Shown piece by piece: positions 37,544 to 48,325 of a stretch of DNA of 64,000 bases. The stretch comes from Methanomicrobia archaeon (GTDB taxonomy: Archaea; Halobacteriota; Bog-38; Methanoflorentales; Methanoflorentaceae), in assembly GCA_015660915.1 (NCBI GenBank), contig JACTTZ010000010.1:7513-71512 (forward strand), given 5' to 3'. The notes beneath the pieces are model-generated. The model saw nothing but the letters and a program-made list of their open reading frames with translations. It had not been told where the DNA came from and ran no database searches. The first letter of the stretch is position 1; every line of letters begins with the position of its first letter. The translations under genes and the position numbers were made by a program.

Positions 37544-38035
37544 ATGACCGACGAAAAGAAAGACGAAGAGAAGCGAATGACGCCGAGAGACTACTGGATG
37601 CGCGACCCCTTTTCTGAAATGCGCCGGATGCTTGATACGTTCCGCAGCAACATGGAGGACACCCTCGAGCGTGTTTTCCCCTCACAGGCGATGCTGCCAG
37701 CTCTGAAACAACCCCGCATCGACATCCTTGACCTAGGCGATGCCCTTCAGGTCGTCGCTGACATGCCGGGAGTAAAGAAGGAAGACATCGAGATTAACCT
37801 CACTCCCGAGCGGATCGAGATCAGCGCCGAATCGAGCACCGAAACCGAACGTAAAGAGGAGGAGTACACCTATCGCGAGCGCGGCTACGCATCGTACCGG
37901 CGGATGCTCGACCTCCCCGCTGCCGTGCTGCCAGATAAGGCCGCAGCAACGTTCACTGACGGCGTACTTGAGGTCAAGGTGCCGAAGAAGGAACCTACCG
38001 AGGCGGAAAAGAAAACGCGAGTGAACGTCAAGTAG
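37544..38035 (+). CDS. Small heat-shock protein (Hsp20/alpha-crystallin)
   Basis: ADMPGVKKEDIEI, RER...YRR..LP, ATFTDGVLEVKVPK. Confidence 0.93.
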   Translation: MTDEKKDEEKRMTPRDYWMRDPFSEMRRMLDTFRSNMEDTLERVFPSQAMLPALKQPRIDILDLGDALQVVADMPGVKKEDIEINLTPERIEISAESSTETERKEEEYTYRERGYASYRRMLDLPAAVLPDKAAATFTDGVLEVKVPKKEPTEAEKKTRVNVK

Positions 38036-38040
38036 TTCAG

Positions 38041-38706
38041 GTGTCTATGGAAGAACGACACAAGTATCCCTTTGAGGTAACTGTCGCACCGGAGGCGCTC
38101 GACCGAGGCCGCCATTGGATTACCGTGCAGCTGAGGAACGTGTCAGCCGAGCTGCTTACCGACGTGAGTGCGACGCTGTTTACCTACAACTCGCACGATC
38201 TCGATGTGTTGCAAAGCGGATCCTTTCATTTTGTAAAAGAACTGCGACCTCAAGACACCACAGCGCTCAACTTTCACGTTTTTGCGAACCACAGCGGCCG
38301 GGTCTATCTCCACGTCACCGCGTACCGCAACGGCGCCCTCGTAAGCTGGTACTCCCCCGATCAGGAGCTCCGCCTCACCGAAGATCCGGCCGAGATTCAG
38401 ACCTTCTTCGCGAACCGTCCGTACTGGGCGTACGAAGAGACGATCGAAGCGGAAACCGTCGTGCACGCTCACCGTGACGTGCCGAGCCTTCGTCTTGAAG
38501 TCGCCGCGCGCCCTCCATCGAAAGCGCACACGCTCATGGACGTGATTGACATTGACTTCATCGCAGAAGGTGGTACGAAACGGTTTGTAAGCGAGCTCTA
38601 CGCGAGCGAAGAAGGCACGTATCTCCTCACCGCGCGCCTGTTCCACGAACAGAAACTGATTAGCAGCAAGTACGCGTCCTGCTATGTCGCGCCCTTTGAA
38701 GAGTGA
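38041..38706 (+). CDS. Hypothetical beta-rich protein (possibly two Ig-like domains)
   Basis: 221-aa ORF starting 5 nt after Hsp20; alternating beta-strand pattern; no signal peptide. Confidence 0.6.
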   Translation: MSMEERHKYPFEVTVAPEALDRGRHWITVQLRNVSAELLTDVSATLFTYNSHDLDVLQSGSFHFVKELRPQDTTALNFHVFANHSGRVYLHVTAYRNGALVSWYSPDQELRLTEDPAEIQTFFANRPYWAYEETIEAETVVHAHRDVPSLRLEVAARPPSKAHTLMDVIDIDFIAEGGTKRFVSELYASEEGTYLLTARLFHEQKLISSKYASCYVAPFEE

Positions 38707-38776
38707 ATCGCGCGCTTTTTTTGCTCTTGGCGCTTTCCGTAGCGCATCGCACACCAAAGACATCGGCCGAGGTATC

Positions 38777-39724
38777 ATGAACAGAAATGTGCGGGCCCTT
38801 CGAGGCTATCTATCTAACTACGTGCGAAACGATTTTGATAATCCATTTTACGCCTCATTTAAGATTACGCACCGCTGCAACCTACGGTGCGGCTTTTGCA
38901 ACGTTTGGGCCGACAAGATTCCCGACCTTAAAACGAGCGACGTGCTCACCGTTATCGATAATCTGTCGCGAGCGAGCACGTTTACCATAAGCTTTGAGGG
39001 GGGTGAACCCCTACTACGCAAGGATATAGGTGATGTCCTCCGCTACACGCACGACTGCTCAAACTATATTCTATTTACCACCAACGGGCTTCTTATCGAT
39101 CGCCGGCCCTTTGCCGAGTACGCGAAGTATTTCGATTTTCTACAGCTGTCGATTGACGAGGGGCACGACAACGTGCACCTGTTTGACCGGCTCGATTACT
39201 TCACCGATCTTGGCATTAAGACGACGGTGCAAACGGTCGTGACAAAGCACGATCTTGATAAGATCGAGGAAAAAGTAGAAAAAGTGCACGCGCACGGCCA
39301 CAAGATTCTCATAATGCCTGCGTTCAACTTTGACGGCACTGAAGACCTCACGCCAGATCTCTTGATTCTTCGCGAGATAATTACCCGCCTTAAGCGCGAG
39401 TACGGAAACACGCTCACGACAAGTCGTTCGTACATCGAGAGCTTTGACCAACCGTACACGTGCCGAACACTTAGCGTTATGATCGAGCCGAATGGCGATA
39501 TTATCTACCCGTGCATGCCGATCGGCACGAAGCTCGGCAACCTCCTCGAAAACGACCTGCAGACGCTCATGACCTCAGAACAGGCACAAGCTGACCGTCA
39601 ACAAATGCTGCGTTGTAACAAACACTGTCTCATCTACTGCCACGCTGAGACGTCTCACCTTATGTCGTTGCGCAAGCTCGCTCCATACGCGCAGAACCTC
39701 ATAAGCTTCCGGTTGTTTGGCTAG
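38777..39724 (+). CDS. Radical SAM protein with a Twitch/SPASM-like C-terminus
   Basis: CNLRCGFC (CxxxCxxC), GGEPLLR, C...PNGDIIYPC...C..HC...C. Start at ATG 38777. Confidence 0.88.
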   Translation: MNRNVRALRGYLSNYVRNDFDNPFYASFKITHRCNLRCGFCNVWADKIPDLKTSDVLTVIDNLSRASTFTISFEGGEPLLRKDIGDVLRYTHDCSNYILFTTNGLLIDRRPFAEYAKYFDFLQLSIDEGHDNVHLFDRLDYFTDLGIKTTVQTVVTKHDLDKIEEKVEKVHAHGHKILIMPAFNFDGTEDLTPDLLILREIITRLKREYGNTLTTSRSYIESFDQPYTCRTLSVMIEPNGDIIYPCMPIGTKLGNLLENDLQTLMTSEQAQADRQQMLRCNKHCLIYCHAETSHLMSLRKLAPYAQNLISFRLFG

Positions 39725-39906
39725 CAGACGGACGACGACCTCAATAATTTCACGCGTGGCAGTGGGGCTTGCTTGAGGAGTGAGCTACCCGAATAGGAAA
39801 GGAAATCACGCTCGCGCGATGACAAGCGGCAAATGGAGCTAGCTGCACAGCGAGTAACACGTAACTGTCAGGTAGACTTAGCAGAAGAACCAACAGGGGT
39901 CTTGTC

Positions 39907-40899
39907 GTGATAAAAGATGCGATGCTGTGGGAGCCAATTGCAGACGAGGGCGTTCACTGTTTCGCGTGCGCTCACGAGTGCAAGATCAAGAAATGGGATC
40001 GCGGAATCTGTCACGTGCGGCAGAATCTGGACGGTAAGCTCGCGACCCTCATCTACGCCGAGGTGAGCTCTATGAACGTCGATCCCATCGAAAAGAAACC
40101 GCTGTTCCATTTTTACCCGGGATCGAAAGTGTTTTCGCTTGGTTCAGTGAGCTGCAATTTCAAGTGTGAACACTGCCAGAATTATGACATCTCGTTCGCG
40201 GAAGTCGGAGAGATGGGTACCACCGAAGTCCTGCCAGAGCGTTCAGTACAGCTCGCTCTCGAGCGTAACTGCCGCGGGATCGCTTGGACGTACAATGAGC
40301 CGACGATCTGGTTTGAGTACACCTACGATTCCGCGATCCTTGCTAAGGAAGCCGGCCTGTACACCGTGTACGTCACCAATGGCTATATGACGCCGCAGGC
40401 GCTCGAAAAGATTGGCCCCTATCTTGACGCGGCGAACGTTGATGTAAAGGGCTTCAGCAAAAAGTTTTACAACGGCGTCTGTAAGGCGCGCCTCGATCCC
40501 GTGCTCCACACGTGCGAGCGCATGCACGAGAGCGGCATCCATCTCGAGCTGACGTATCTCATTATTCCCGGCCTCAACGACGACGAAGAGCAGCTCGGTG
40601 CGTTTAGCGAGTGGGCGGCAGGGGTCGACCGTGACATACCAGTGCACTTCTCACGTTTTCATCCGGATTGGCGCATGCTCGACCGTCCAGCAACGCCCAT
40701 GGAAACCCTAAAAAAAGCGCACCACGTCGCGACACAGGCCGGACTGCGCTATATCTATCTAGGAAACGTCGCAAGTCAGTACGAAAACACGTTTTGCCCG
40801 GACTGCGGGGCGATTATCATCAACCGCACAGGCTATCGGATCAGCAAACGAGGGAAGACGTGTCCACGGTGTGGCTACGTCGCACCCATTATCGATTAG
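39907..40899 (+). CDS. AmmeMemoRadiSam-system-type radical SAM enzyme (PFL-activase-like)
   Basis: CFACAHEC, DPIEKKPLFHFYPG, CNFKCEHCQN, TYNEPTIW, HFSRFHP, CPDCG...CPRCG. Confidence 0.92.
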   Translation: MIKDAMLWEPIADEGVHCFACAHECKIKKWDRGICHVRQNLDGKLATLIYAEVSSMNVDPIEKKPLFHFYPGSKVFSLGSVSCNFKCEHCQNYDISFAEVGEMGTTEVLPERSVQLALERNCRGIAWTYNEPTIWFEYTYDSAILAKEAGLYTVYVTNGYMTPQALEKIGPYLDAANVDVKGFSKKFYNGVCKARLDPVLHTCERMHESGIHLELTYLIIPGLNDDEEQLGAFSEWAAGVDRDIPVHFSRFHPDWRMLDRPATPMETLKKAHHVATQAGLRYIYLGNVASQYENTFCPDCGAIIINRTGYRISKRGKTCPRCGYVAPIID

Positions 40900-41132
40900 T
40901 ACGCCTTCCGGGTGATAGTGAGGCATACCCTGAGAATTTTTTTCAGGCGGTCGATGCTGAGCTCTTTGCGGGCCATTAAAATGTCGCTCATCAAGTCCTT
41001 CCCGCTCATGCGTTAGAAATGCCCATTTCTTTCTATTTAAATACTTCGAAATGAGTGCTGCGGGAAAAGATCGACGCAAACAGCTTACCCATAAAGGTTA
41101 ATACCCTTTCGTGTCCTATCGGTTGTGATGCC

Positions 41133-42401
41133 ATGATCTGCAAACGCTTATCTGAGGTAACCGATGCCGAATTTGACCGCCTGCTCGACCGCGGCGCTGC
41201 TGTGCGCGAGGTTATGGATCACGTACAGAAAATCGTCAGCGACGTGAGAGAAAACGGCGACACCGCCGTTATGGAGTACACGCTGCAGTATGACAAGGCC
41301 GATATCGTCAACCTTCGAGTGACAGAAGGGGAGCTCCTTGCAGCGTACGAAAACGCCTCGCAGGACGTCATCGACGCGTTGTATACCCTGTCAGACAATA
41401 TCACCTCGTACCACGTACGGCAGGTGCAAAGTGACTTGTGGCTTCACGAGGTGGCACCGGGAGTCGTCTTTGGGCAAAAGACAACACCACTGGATCGCAT
41501 CGGTGCGTACGTGCCAGGAGGGTTTGCAGTTTACCCCTCAACGGCACTCATGAATATCATTCCGGCCAAGGTCGCCGGCGTCCGGGAGGTAATTGTCTGC
41601 ATCCCACCAATGCCCGACGGCACGGTGCCTGTGGCAACGCTCCTTGCGGCTGACATCGCTGGGGCGAACGCGATCTATAAGATTGGGGGGGCACAGGCGA
41701 TTGCGGCAATGGCATTTGGGACGCAGAGCGTCGCGAAGGTAGATAAGATCGTCGGACCCGGCAACGTGTATGTGACCGCGGCCAAGCTCCTCGTGCAAAG
41801 TGAGGTGGAAATCGATTTCCCTGCGGGCCCCAGCGAAATCGCGGTGCTCGCCGATGAGGGGGACGCTACGTTTATCGCCGCTGACATAATTGCCCAACTC
41901 GAGCACGGCCCAAAATCATCCGGGTTCCTGCTTACCCCCTCAGCGGAACTCGCACGCGAGGTCGAAAAAGAGCTCAATGCGCAGCGTGAGGCTGCAGCGC
42001 GGAAGGATCTCATCGATCTGAGCGGCAGCGCCATCCTCGTTGGCGAAAGTTTGGACGCGTGCGTCGAATTCGTAAATGATCTCGCTCCTGAGCATCTCGA
42101 ACTCATGGTGCGAGATCCGATTAACGTCCTCGAAAAAATACGCAACGCAGGAACGATTTGCGTCGGTGAATATACGCCCGCAGCCGTGGGGGATTACGCT
42201 ACCGGAACGAGTTCGACGTTGCCAACAGGGGGGTTCGCTAAGTATGCGAGCGGACTCAACGTGGGCCACTTTACAAAGACGACGAGCGTTCAAGTGCTGA
42301 CGAGGGACGGGCTCGAGAGCCTTTCGGACCTTGTCCGCTCTCTAGCGCAGATCGAGGGGTTGCCTGGACACGCAGCGTCCGTGCTGCGGAGGCTTCAATG
42401 A
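41133..42401 (+). CDS. hisD: Histidinol dehydrogenase
   Basis: [51 protein letters not shown]. Confidence 0.95.
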   Translation: MICKRLSEVTDAEFDRLLDRGAAVREVMDHVQKIVSDVRENGDTAVMEYTLQYDKADIVNLRVTEGELLAAYENASQDVIDALYTLSDNITSYHVRQVQSDLWLHEVAPGVVFGQKTTPLDRIGAYVPGGFAVYPSTALMNIIPAKVAGVREVIVCIPPMPDGTVPVATLLAADIAGANAIYKIGGAQAIAAMAFGTQSVAKVDKIVGPGNVYVTAAKLLVQSEVEIDFPAGPSEIAVLADEGDATFIAADIIAQLEHGPKSSGFLLTPSAELAREVEKELNAQREAAARKDLIDLSGSAILVGESLDACVEFVNDLAPEHLELMVRDPINVLEKIRNAGTICVGEYTPAAVGDYATGTSSTLPTGGFAKYASGLNVGHFTKTTSVQVLTRDGLESLSDLVRSLAQIEGLPGHAASVLRRLQ

Positions 42402-43660
42402 AGGTGACGCGCTCAAGCGCCATCGTCCCAGAAACCGATGTTACTGTTGCGGGGTGGGTGCATGAGCTTCGCGACCTCGGCGGCATCAGCTTTCTTTTGC
42501 TCCGTGATCGCGATGGCATCATGCAAATCACCATACCAAAGAAGAAGGTCCCTCTAGAACTCGTTGAATGCGTGCGAAGCCTGAGCAGGGAATCTGTGGT
42601 GCGCGTGGAAGGGCACGTCAAGGCTGAACCGAAGGCGCCGCAAGGCTATGAGATCATTCCGTACAAGGTTGAGCTACTGAGCGCTGCGGAATCACCGCTT
42701 CCGCTCGACGTCACGGGAAAGGTGCCAGCCGAACTCGACACGCGGCTAGACGCACGCTTTATGGACGTGCGTCTTCCTGCAACGCGGGCCATCTTTTTCA
42801 TTCGCGCGGCGGTGCTTAACGAAGTGCGTGCGTTTCTCGTTGCTCGCGATTTTATCGAGATTCAGACGCCCAAGATGGTGGCAACCGCGACCGAGGGCGG
42901 GACACAACTCTTTCCCATATCGTACTTCGACCGCGAGGCTTTTTTAAATCAGAGCCCGCAGCTCTATAAGCAGATCATGATGGCGGCCGGGCTGGAACGG
43001 GTGTTTGAGGTTGGCCCTATCTTTCGCGCCGAGGAGCACGATACGCGAAAACACCTCAACGAGGTCACATCGATTGATGTCGAGGCCTCGTTTATGGACG
43101 ACCGCGAGGTTATGGGACTCCTTGAGGAGCTCATCCGGCACGTCTATGTGGCAGTCGCCGAGCGCTGTAGCGCTCAGCTTCAAGCGCTAGGGGTTACGCT
43201 GTCCGTTCCGCATACCCCCTTTCGCCGGATCACGTACGCAGAGGCTATTGAAATTGCCGATATTCCGTGGGGAGACGATCTTGACACTGCGGCTGAGAGA
43301 GCGGTTGGCGAGGAGATCGGAGAGCACTACTTTATCGTTGACTGGCCCGTTGAACTGAAGCCCTTCTACGTGCAGCCGCGCAACAACCTCTGCTACGCAT
43401 TTGACCTCATGCACCCGCGGATGGAGCTCGCGTCGGGCGCGCGACGGATTCACGACTACAGGCTCTTGTCTGAACAGCTTGCTAATAAATCGCTTGCTTC
43501 TGAGAGCTTTGCATTTTATCTCGACGCGTTTCGCTATGGCATGCCGCCGCACGCGGGGTGGGGTCTCGGAGCCGAGCGTCTTCTTGTGACTATGCTCGGC
43601 CTCGCCAACATTCGAGAAAGCGTCCTTTTTCCTCGCGATCGTCGCCGGATTACGCCGTGA
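42398..43660 (+). CDS. aspS: Archaeal-type aspartyl-tRNA synthetase, probably non-discriminating (Asp/Asn)
   Basis: [42 protein letters not shown]. The His in WVHE and Pro in KAPQG are typical of the non-discriminating type. Confidence 0.95.
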   Translation: MKVTRSSAIVPETDVTVAGWVHELRDLGGISFLLLRDRDGIMQITIPKKKVPLELVECVRSLSRESVVRVEGHVKAEPKAPQGYEIIPYKVELLSAAESPLPLDVTGKVPAELDTRLDARFMDVRLPATRAIFFIRAAVLNEVRAFLVARDFIEIQTPKMVATATEGGTQLFPISYFDREAFLNQSPQLYKQIMMAAGLERVFEVGPIFRAEEHDTRKHLNEVTSIDVEASFMDDREVMGLLEELIRHVYVAVAERCSAQLQALGVTLSVPHTPFRRITYAEAIEIADIPWGDDLDTAAERAVGEEIGEHYFIVDWPVELKPFYVQPRNNLCYAFDLMHPRMELASGARRIHDYRLLSEQLANKSLASESFAFYLDAFRYGMPPHAGWGLGAERLLVTMLGLANIRESVLFPRDRRRITP

Positions 43661-43740
43661 ACTGAATTACGCAGCTTGTGGTTCGATCACATACCATAAA
43701 GTTTAAGGTGCGGACCCTGCACTACAATATGAGGTAGGGT

Positions 43741-44109
43741 ATGCGCTATCAGGACGATCTAGATGCGATACCGCGTCGCTTAAGGCTCAAAGAGGGGGCT
43801 CCCCGGTCGACGCTCGAACAACGCGTGACAGTGCTCGAGCGTAGGGTATCCGAGCTCTCTGCTACCCTCAACGGGATCACCCAACAACTCGTTGACGTCA
43901 GTTCATCCGTTCACGATATGACACACCTTCCGGGCGTGTACGGACAAGGTGAGCTTTCGAGCGATGCGGAACCGGTCGATGAGCCTTCCTCACTTCGCCA
44001 ACAACGGAGACGAAAAAAGACCGCTTACGTCATCGCGGACAACGATTATCCTCCGGAACCTGAACGGCGCCTTGGGGACGACATAATCATTGCCGATCGC
44101 GATCTGTAA
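43741..44109 (+). CDS. Small coiled-coil protein directly upstream of smc
   Basis: LEQRVTVLERRVSELSATLNGITQQL heptads; C-terminal DDIIIA; stop lies 24 nt before the smc start. Confidence 0.7.
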   Translation: MRYQDDLDAIPRRLRLKEGAPRSTLEQRVTVLERRVSELSATLNGITQQLVDVSSSVHDMTHLPGVYGQGELSSDAEPVDEPSSLRQQRRRKKTAYVIADNDYPPEPERRLGDDIIIADRDL

Positions 44110-44133
44110 GCGGAAACGCGGCCCGATGGACCG

Positions 44134-47100
44134 ATGTTTATCAAAGAACTGGAGATTCACAATTTCAAGTCATTTGGAAAAAGGGTGAAGATCCCCTTTT
44201 TTGACGATTTCACGGCTGTCTCCGGACCGAACGGCTCGGGAAAGTCCAACATCGTTGACAGCGTTCTCTTTTGTCTGGGGCTTTCGACGTCGCGGACGAT
44301 GCGCGCCGAGAAGCTCACAGATCTTATTTTCAACGGTGACGGCGCCAACGAGGCGATGGTTAAGGTCAGGTTTGACAACGCAGACGCCGAACTCCCCGCT
44401 GACACGGAGGTAACGGTCGCGCGTAAGGTGCGCCGCACCGCGAGCGGGTACTATAGTTACTATTATCTCGACGGCAAGCCGTGCACGCTCGCAGACATCC
44501 ACGAGCTTCTCTCAAAAGCATGTATCACGCCAGAAGGCTACAACGTCGTGCTGCAGGGGGATATAACCCGTATCATTGAGGTGAGCCCGCTGGAGCGTCG
44601 GAAGATTATCGACGAGATCGCCGGCGTCGCTGAGTTCGACCGGAGGCGCGATCGGGCACTCGATGAGCTCGAGGTGGTGCGCGAACGCGTTGAACGCGTC
44701 GACATTATATTGAACGAGGTGGCGCTCCGGCTCGAGCAGCTCAAGGTCGAGCGCGAATACGCCCTCAAGTACCAGGAGCTCAAAGCGAAGAAGCACGACT
44801 ATGAAAAGATGGTTTTTGCGTCAAAGCTCAGCAAGCTCGCACACGACATCAAGGCGATCGAAGGCGATCTTGAACGCAGGCAACGGAGCAAGGACAAGGC
44901 AGTCAATGAACTCGCCGCGACTCGGGAAGCGATCTACGACCTTGAGGGGCAGTTGAGTGCACTCAACAGTGCGGTGTCCGAAAAAGGCGAAAACGAGCAA
45001 TTCGAATTGGCAAGGCATATTGAAAACATCAAGGGGGATATCGCTCAACACCAGAACCGGGTTGATCTTGTAAGCAAGGAGGTTGAGCACCTCGAAACGC
45101 AGAAGCGCAAGGCGTTCATAGAGGTGAACGCCCTGAAGCAGAAACACGAGGCGCTGCAGAGCGATCTCGCGGCAGAAACGGTCCGCCGGGCAAGCCTAGC
45201 AAGCGAGCTTGACGAGCAGGAGCGAGAACTCAACGCACTTAAAGAGCAGCTATCCAACTTCGACTCAGATGTCACCAAAGCGCGCGACGACCTCTTTGAG
45301 AAGCGCAAGGCACTCGGCGAAGAGAAGGACAAGCGCGGAGACGTCGTACGTGCACGAGACCGCGTGCTTGACATCATCCGCCGTGCTTCAACGGACGTGC
45401 AAGCAGTCGAGCGGGAGATTGACGCCGCGCGCACGGAGGTTGGGACCGCTCAAAGTGACCTAGAGACGCTTCATCAGAACCAGGCCGAATTGACGCGAAA
45501 ACTAGAGGATGCGCGTGAGGACATCAAAGACCTTGAGGCTCGACGTGAGGACCTCAAGCTTGCCATCGAAACGGTCGAACGGCGGCTCAATCAAGCGCAC
45601 CAAGATTTCGTTCGGGCGGAAACACGTCTCAAAGAGAGCTTCGGCAAAGCGGTCGAAGCGATAATGGCCGCACAGTTACCGGGGGTGCGAGGCGTCGTCG
45701 CTGAGCTCGGACGTGTCGATCCGCGATATGCTACTGCGCTCGAGATCGCGGCCGGCCCCCGTCTGCGCAACATTATCGTTGATACTGACGCCGACGCGGC
45801 GCGCGCTATCGCGTATCTGAAAGAAAACAACGCGGGGCGGGCGACCTTTTTGCCGCTCAACAAGATGAAGCCCGTCCACCGGGAGACGCTTCAGGTGTGT
45901 GACGGCGTCATCGATTACGCGATCAACCTCGTTCAGTTCGATCCCGAGTACGCAGCGGCGTTTTCGTACGTTTTTGGCAGGACCGTCGTGGTAACGGAGC
46001 TCGAGGCGGCGCGCCGGCTTATTGGCACCTACCGTATGGTGACCCTCGAGGGCGAACTGCTCGAGGTGAGCGGTGCGATGACAGGGGGCATCGACCGAAG
46101 GGCACTGAAGTTTATCGCTGGTGAAGAACAGGAACTGCACAGGCTCGGTCGGCAGATACGTGAGTACGAGAAGGAACGTGCGCGCTCACAGCAGGAATTC
46201 AGCCAAGTAGACGATCTTCTGCTCCAGGCACGGCACGAGCTCGTTGCCAGCGAAGGCGAGCGGGAACGTTTGGTACGGGAGGCTACGGCCCTCGAGGCGC
46301 GAAAGGCCCAGGCCGAAGCGTCGGCGGATGAAAAAGTAGTCAAGCTCGCTGCGATGCGGCAGGAGAAAGAGCAGGCGGGCGCGCAGATTAATGAGCTCGA
46401 GGAGCAGGAAGTGCTGCACGGCGCGGAAATTGTGTCTCTCGAGCGGGATATCGCCGACCTTGAGAAGCGGCTCAAGGGTACCGATGCGTCGACGCTCACG
46501 GAGGATATCAGTCAGATCGCAGACGAGGTCCGGCGGCTCCAGAACCGTGTGAGCAGATGCGACGCCACCGTCACTGAATTCCGTCTTCATGAAGACTATA
46601 ACGAGAAGAAGCTGGGCGACGCCAAGGAGCACTTGGAAACGACGGATGGGCGGATCAAGGAGCTTCGCAGCAGCATCCGTGAACATACCGAGGCCGCTAC
46701 GCGTTTAGAGCACGAGCTGGACGACGTTTGTGGCCGCGAACGCGATCTCGCGCGCGAGCTTTCGGAATTGCGGGAAGGACGCGACGCGCTGCTAGCACAG
46801 ATTAGCGTGAAGGAGACGGCGAAAGCGGGCCTCCAACGCCAGATTGACCGCACTGAACAAGCTATCGACGCGCTCGACTACCAGCGGCTTGAGCTCGAAG
46901 CTCGGCGCGATGAACTCAAAGCAGAGGCCGGCGAGATCGATGAAATGCCGTTCAATGAGCCGTATGAGGCTGTTGTAGCCGGGTTGCGAACGCTCGAATC
47001 ACAACTCGAGTCGATGAACGACGTGAACATGCGAGCCATCGAGGACTATGATAACGTCGAACGACGGCAGCAAGATCTCAGCTCGCGCAAGGAGACGCTC

Positions 47101-47604
47101 TTTAACGAACGGGTTGAGATTCTCGAACGCATCGACCGGTACGGCCAGATGAAAAAGGAGGCATTGCTGACGGCGTTTAACAGCATCAACGCGAACTTCA
47201 AGGACATCTATGCCGACCTCTCAGGGGCCACTGGTGAGCTCGCCTTAGAGAACTATGAGGACCCCTTCGACGGCGGCCTCTTTATCAGATCGTGGCAACA
47301 AGGCAAACACGTGCAGCGAATCGAGGGGATGTCCGGTGGAGAGAAGAGCCTTGCCGCGCTCGCGATGATCTTCGCCATTCAGCGGTATCTGCCGGCGCCG
47401 TTCTACATGTTTGATGAGATCGACATGTTCTTAGACGGTGCAAATGCTGAGCGCGTCGCACGGATGATCAAAAAGCTCTCGGTCAACGCTCAGTTTATCG
47501 TTGTCTCGCTCCGAAAACCCATGATCGAAGCAGCCAGTCGGACGATTGGCGTCTCGATGCAAGAAGGTAACATCTCGAGCGTCACCGGGGTGAAGTTGAA
47601 TTGA
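44134..47604 (+). CDS. smc: Chromosome segregation protein SMC
   Basis: Walker A GPNGSGKSN, coiled coils, hinge GRATFLPL, signature MSGGEKSL, Walker B FDEID. Confidence 0.98.
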   Translation: MFIKELEIHNFKSFGKRVKIPFFDDFTAVSGPNGSGKSNIVDSVLFCLGLSTSRTMRAEKLTDLIFNGDGANEAMVKVRFDNADAELPADTEVTVARKVRRTASGYYSYYYLDGKPCTLADIHELLSKACITPEGYNVVLQGDITRIIEVSPLERRKIIDEIAGVAEFDRRRDRALDELEVVRERVERVDIILNEVALRLEQLKVEREYALKYQELKAKKHDYEKMVFASKLSKLAHDIKAIEGDLERRQRSKDKAVNELAATREAIYDLEGQLSALNSAVSEKGENEQFELARHIENIKGDIAQHQNRVDLVSKEVEHLETQKRKAFIEVNALKQKHEALQSDLAAETVRRASLASELDEQERELNALKEQLSNFDSDVTKARDDLFEKRKALGEEKDKRGDVVRARDRVLDIIRRASTDVQAVEREIDAARTEVGTAQSDLETLHQNQAELTRKLEDAREDIKDLEARREDLKLAIETVERRLNQAHQDFVRAETRLKESFGKAVEAIMAAQLPGVRGVVAELGRVDPRYATALEIAAGPRLRNIIVDTDADAARAIAYLKENNAGRATFLPLNKMKPVHRETLQVCDGVIDYAINLVQFDPEYAAAFSYVFGRTVVVTELEAARRLIGTYRMVTLEGELLEVSGAMTGGIDRRALKFIAGEEQELHRLGRQIREYEKERARSQQEFSQVDDLLLQARHELVASEGERERLVREATALEARKAQAEASADEKVVKLAAMRQEKEQAGAQINELEEQEVLHGAEIVSLERDIADLEKRLKGTDASTLTEDISQIADEVRRLQNRVSRCDATVTEFRLHEDYNEKKLGDAKEHLETTDGRIKELRSSIREHTEAATRLEHELDDVCGRERDLARELSELREGRDALLAQISVKETAKAGLQRQIDRTEQAIDALDYQRLELEARRDELKAEAGEIDEMPFNEPYEAVVAGLRTLESQLESMNDVNMRAIEDYDNVERRQQDLSSRKETLFNERVEILERIDRYGQMKKEALLTAFNSINANFKDIYADLSGATGELALENYEDPFDGGLFIRSWQQGKHVQRIEGMSGGEKSLAALAMIFAIQRYLPAPFYMFDEIDMFLDGANAERVARMIKKLSVNAQFIVVSLRKPMIEAASRTIGVSMQEGNISSVTGVKLN

Positions 47605-48299
47605 CGAGCGGGGAAAGCCCCGATACCGCCGCCAACGGTGCAGCGCCGGAAGACTTCGATGAACGATCGATCGACATCTTGGTATCCCTCGCGAAAAACG
47701 GCGAGATCGATCCGTGGGACATCGATATCGTCGACGTTACCGATAAGTTTCTCGCGCGGGTCGCCGAGCTCGAGAAGCTTGATCTGCGGGTGTCGAGCAG
47801 AACGCTTCTTTTCGCGTCAATACTGCTCAGAATGAAGTCTGACATCCTCGAGGAATCGGAACCGGAAGACGTCGACGAAGAAGAACCGGTCGAAGATGAC
47901 CTTCAGGCGTGTTTCCCCGCGCTCAGCCCGAAGGTGCGACGGCACGCGAAACGGCGCGTTAGTCTCTCAGAGCTCATCCAAGAGCTTAAAAAAGCGACAA
48001 AGCGCAAGGAAAGGTCTGATGTTCGGCGGTTCGTGCAGCTTCAAGCGCAAGAGTTTGACGCACTCGCAGTGGCACATAGTGAGGACATCGAAAGACAGGT
48101 GAAACGTGTGAAGCGTGAGCTCAAGCGACGCTTCGCGGTGCGTGATCAGGTTCTTTTCAGCGAGCTCATTGTCGACAACACGGTTGAAGCCATCGTCCAA
48201 ACCTACATACCGTTGCTCTTTATGGCAACCCGGCGGCAGATCCAGCTTGAGCAAAAGGAGCTGTTTGGCGACCTCTCCATCAAATGCAAAAACCTTTAA
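47601..48299 (+). CDS. scpA: Kleisin ScpA
   Basis: GEIDPWDIDIVDVTDKFL, LLFASILLRMKS, YIPLLFMA...LEQKELFGDL. Confidence 0.93.
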   Translation: MTSGESPDTAANGAAPEDFDERSIDILVSLAKNGEIDPWDIDIVDVTDKFLARVAELEKLDLRVSSRTLLFASILLRMKSDILEESEPEDVDEEEPVEDDLQACFPALSPKVRRHAKRRVSLSELIQELKKATKRKERSDVRRFVQLQAQEFDALAVAHSEDIERQVKRVKRELKRRFAVRDQVLFSELIVDNTVEAIVQTYIPLLFMATRRQIQLEQKELFGDLSIKCKNL

Positions 48300-48325
48300 C
48301 GCTCGTGTAGTATTCATGAGCGGTA

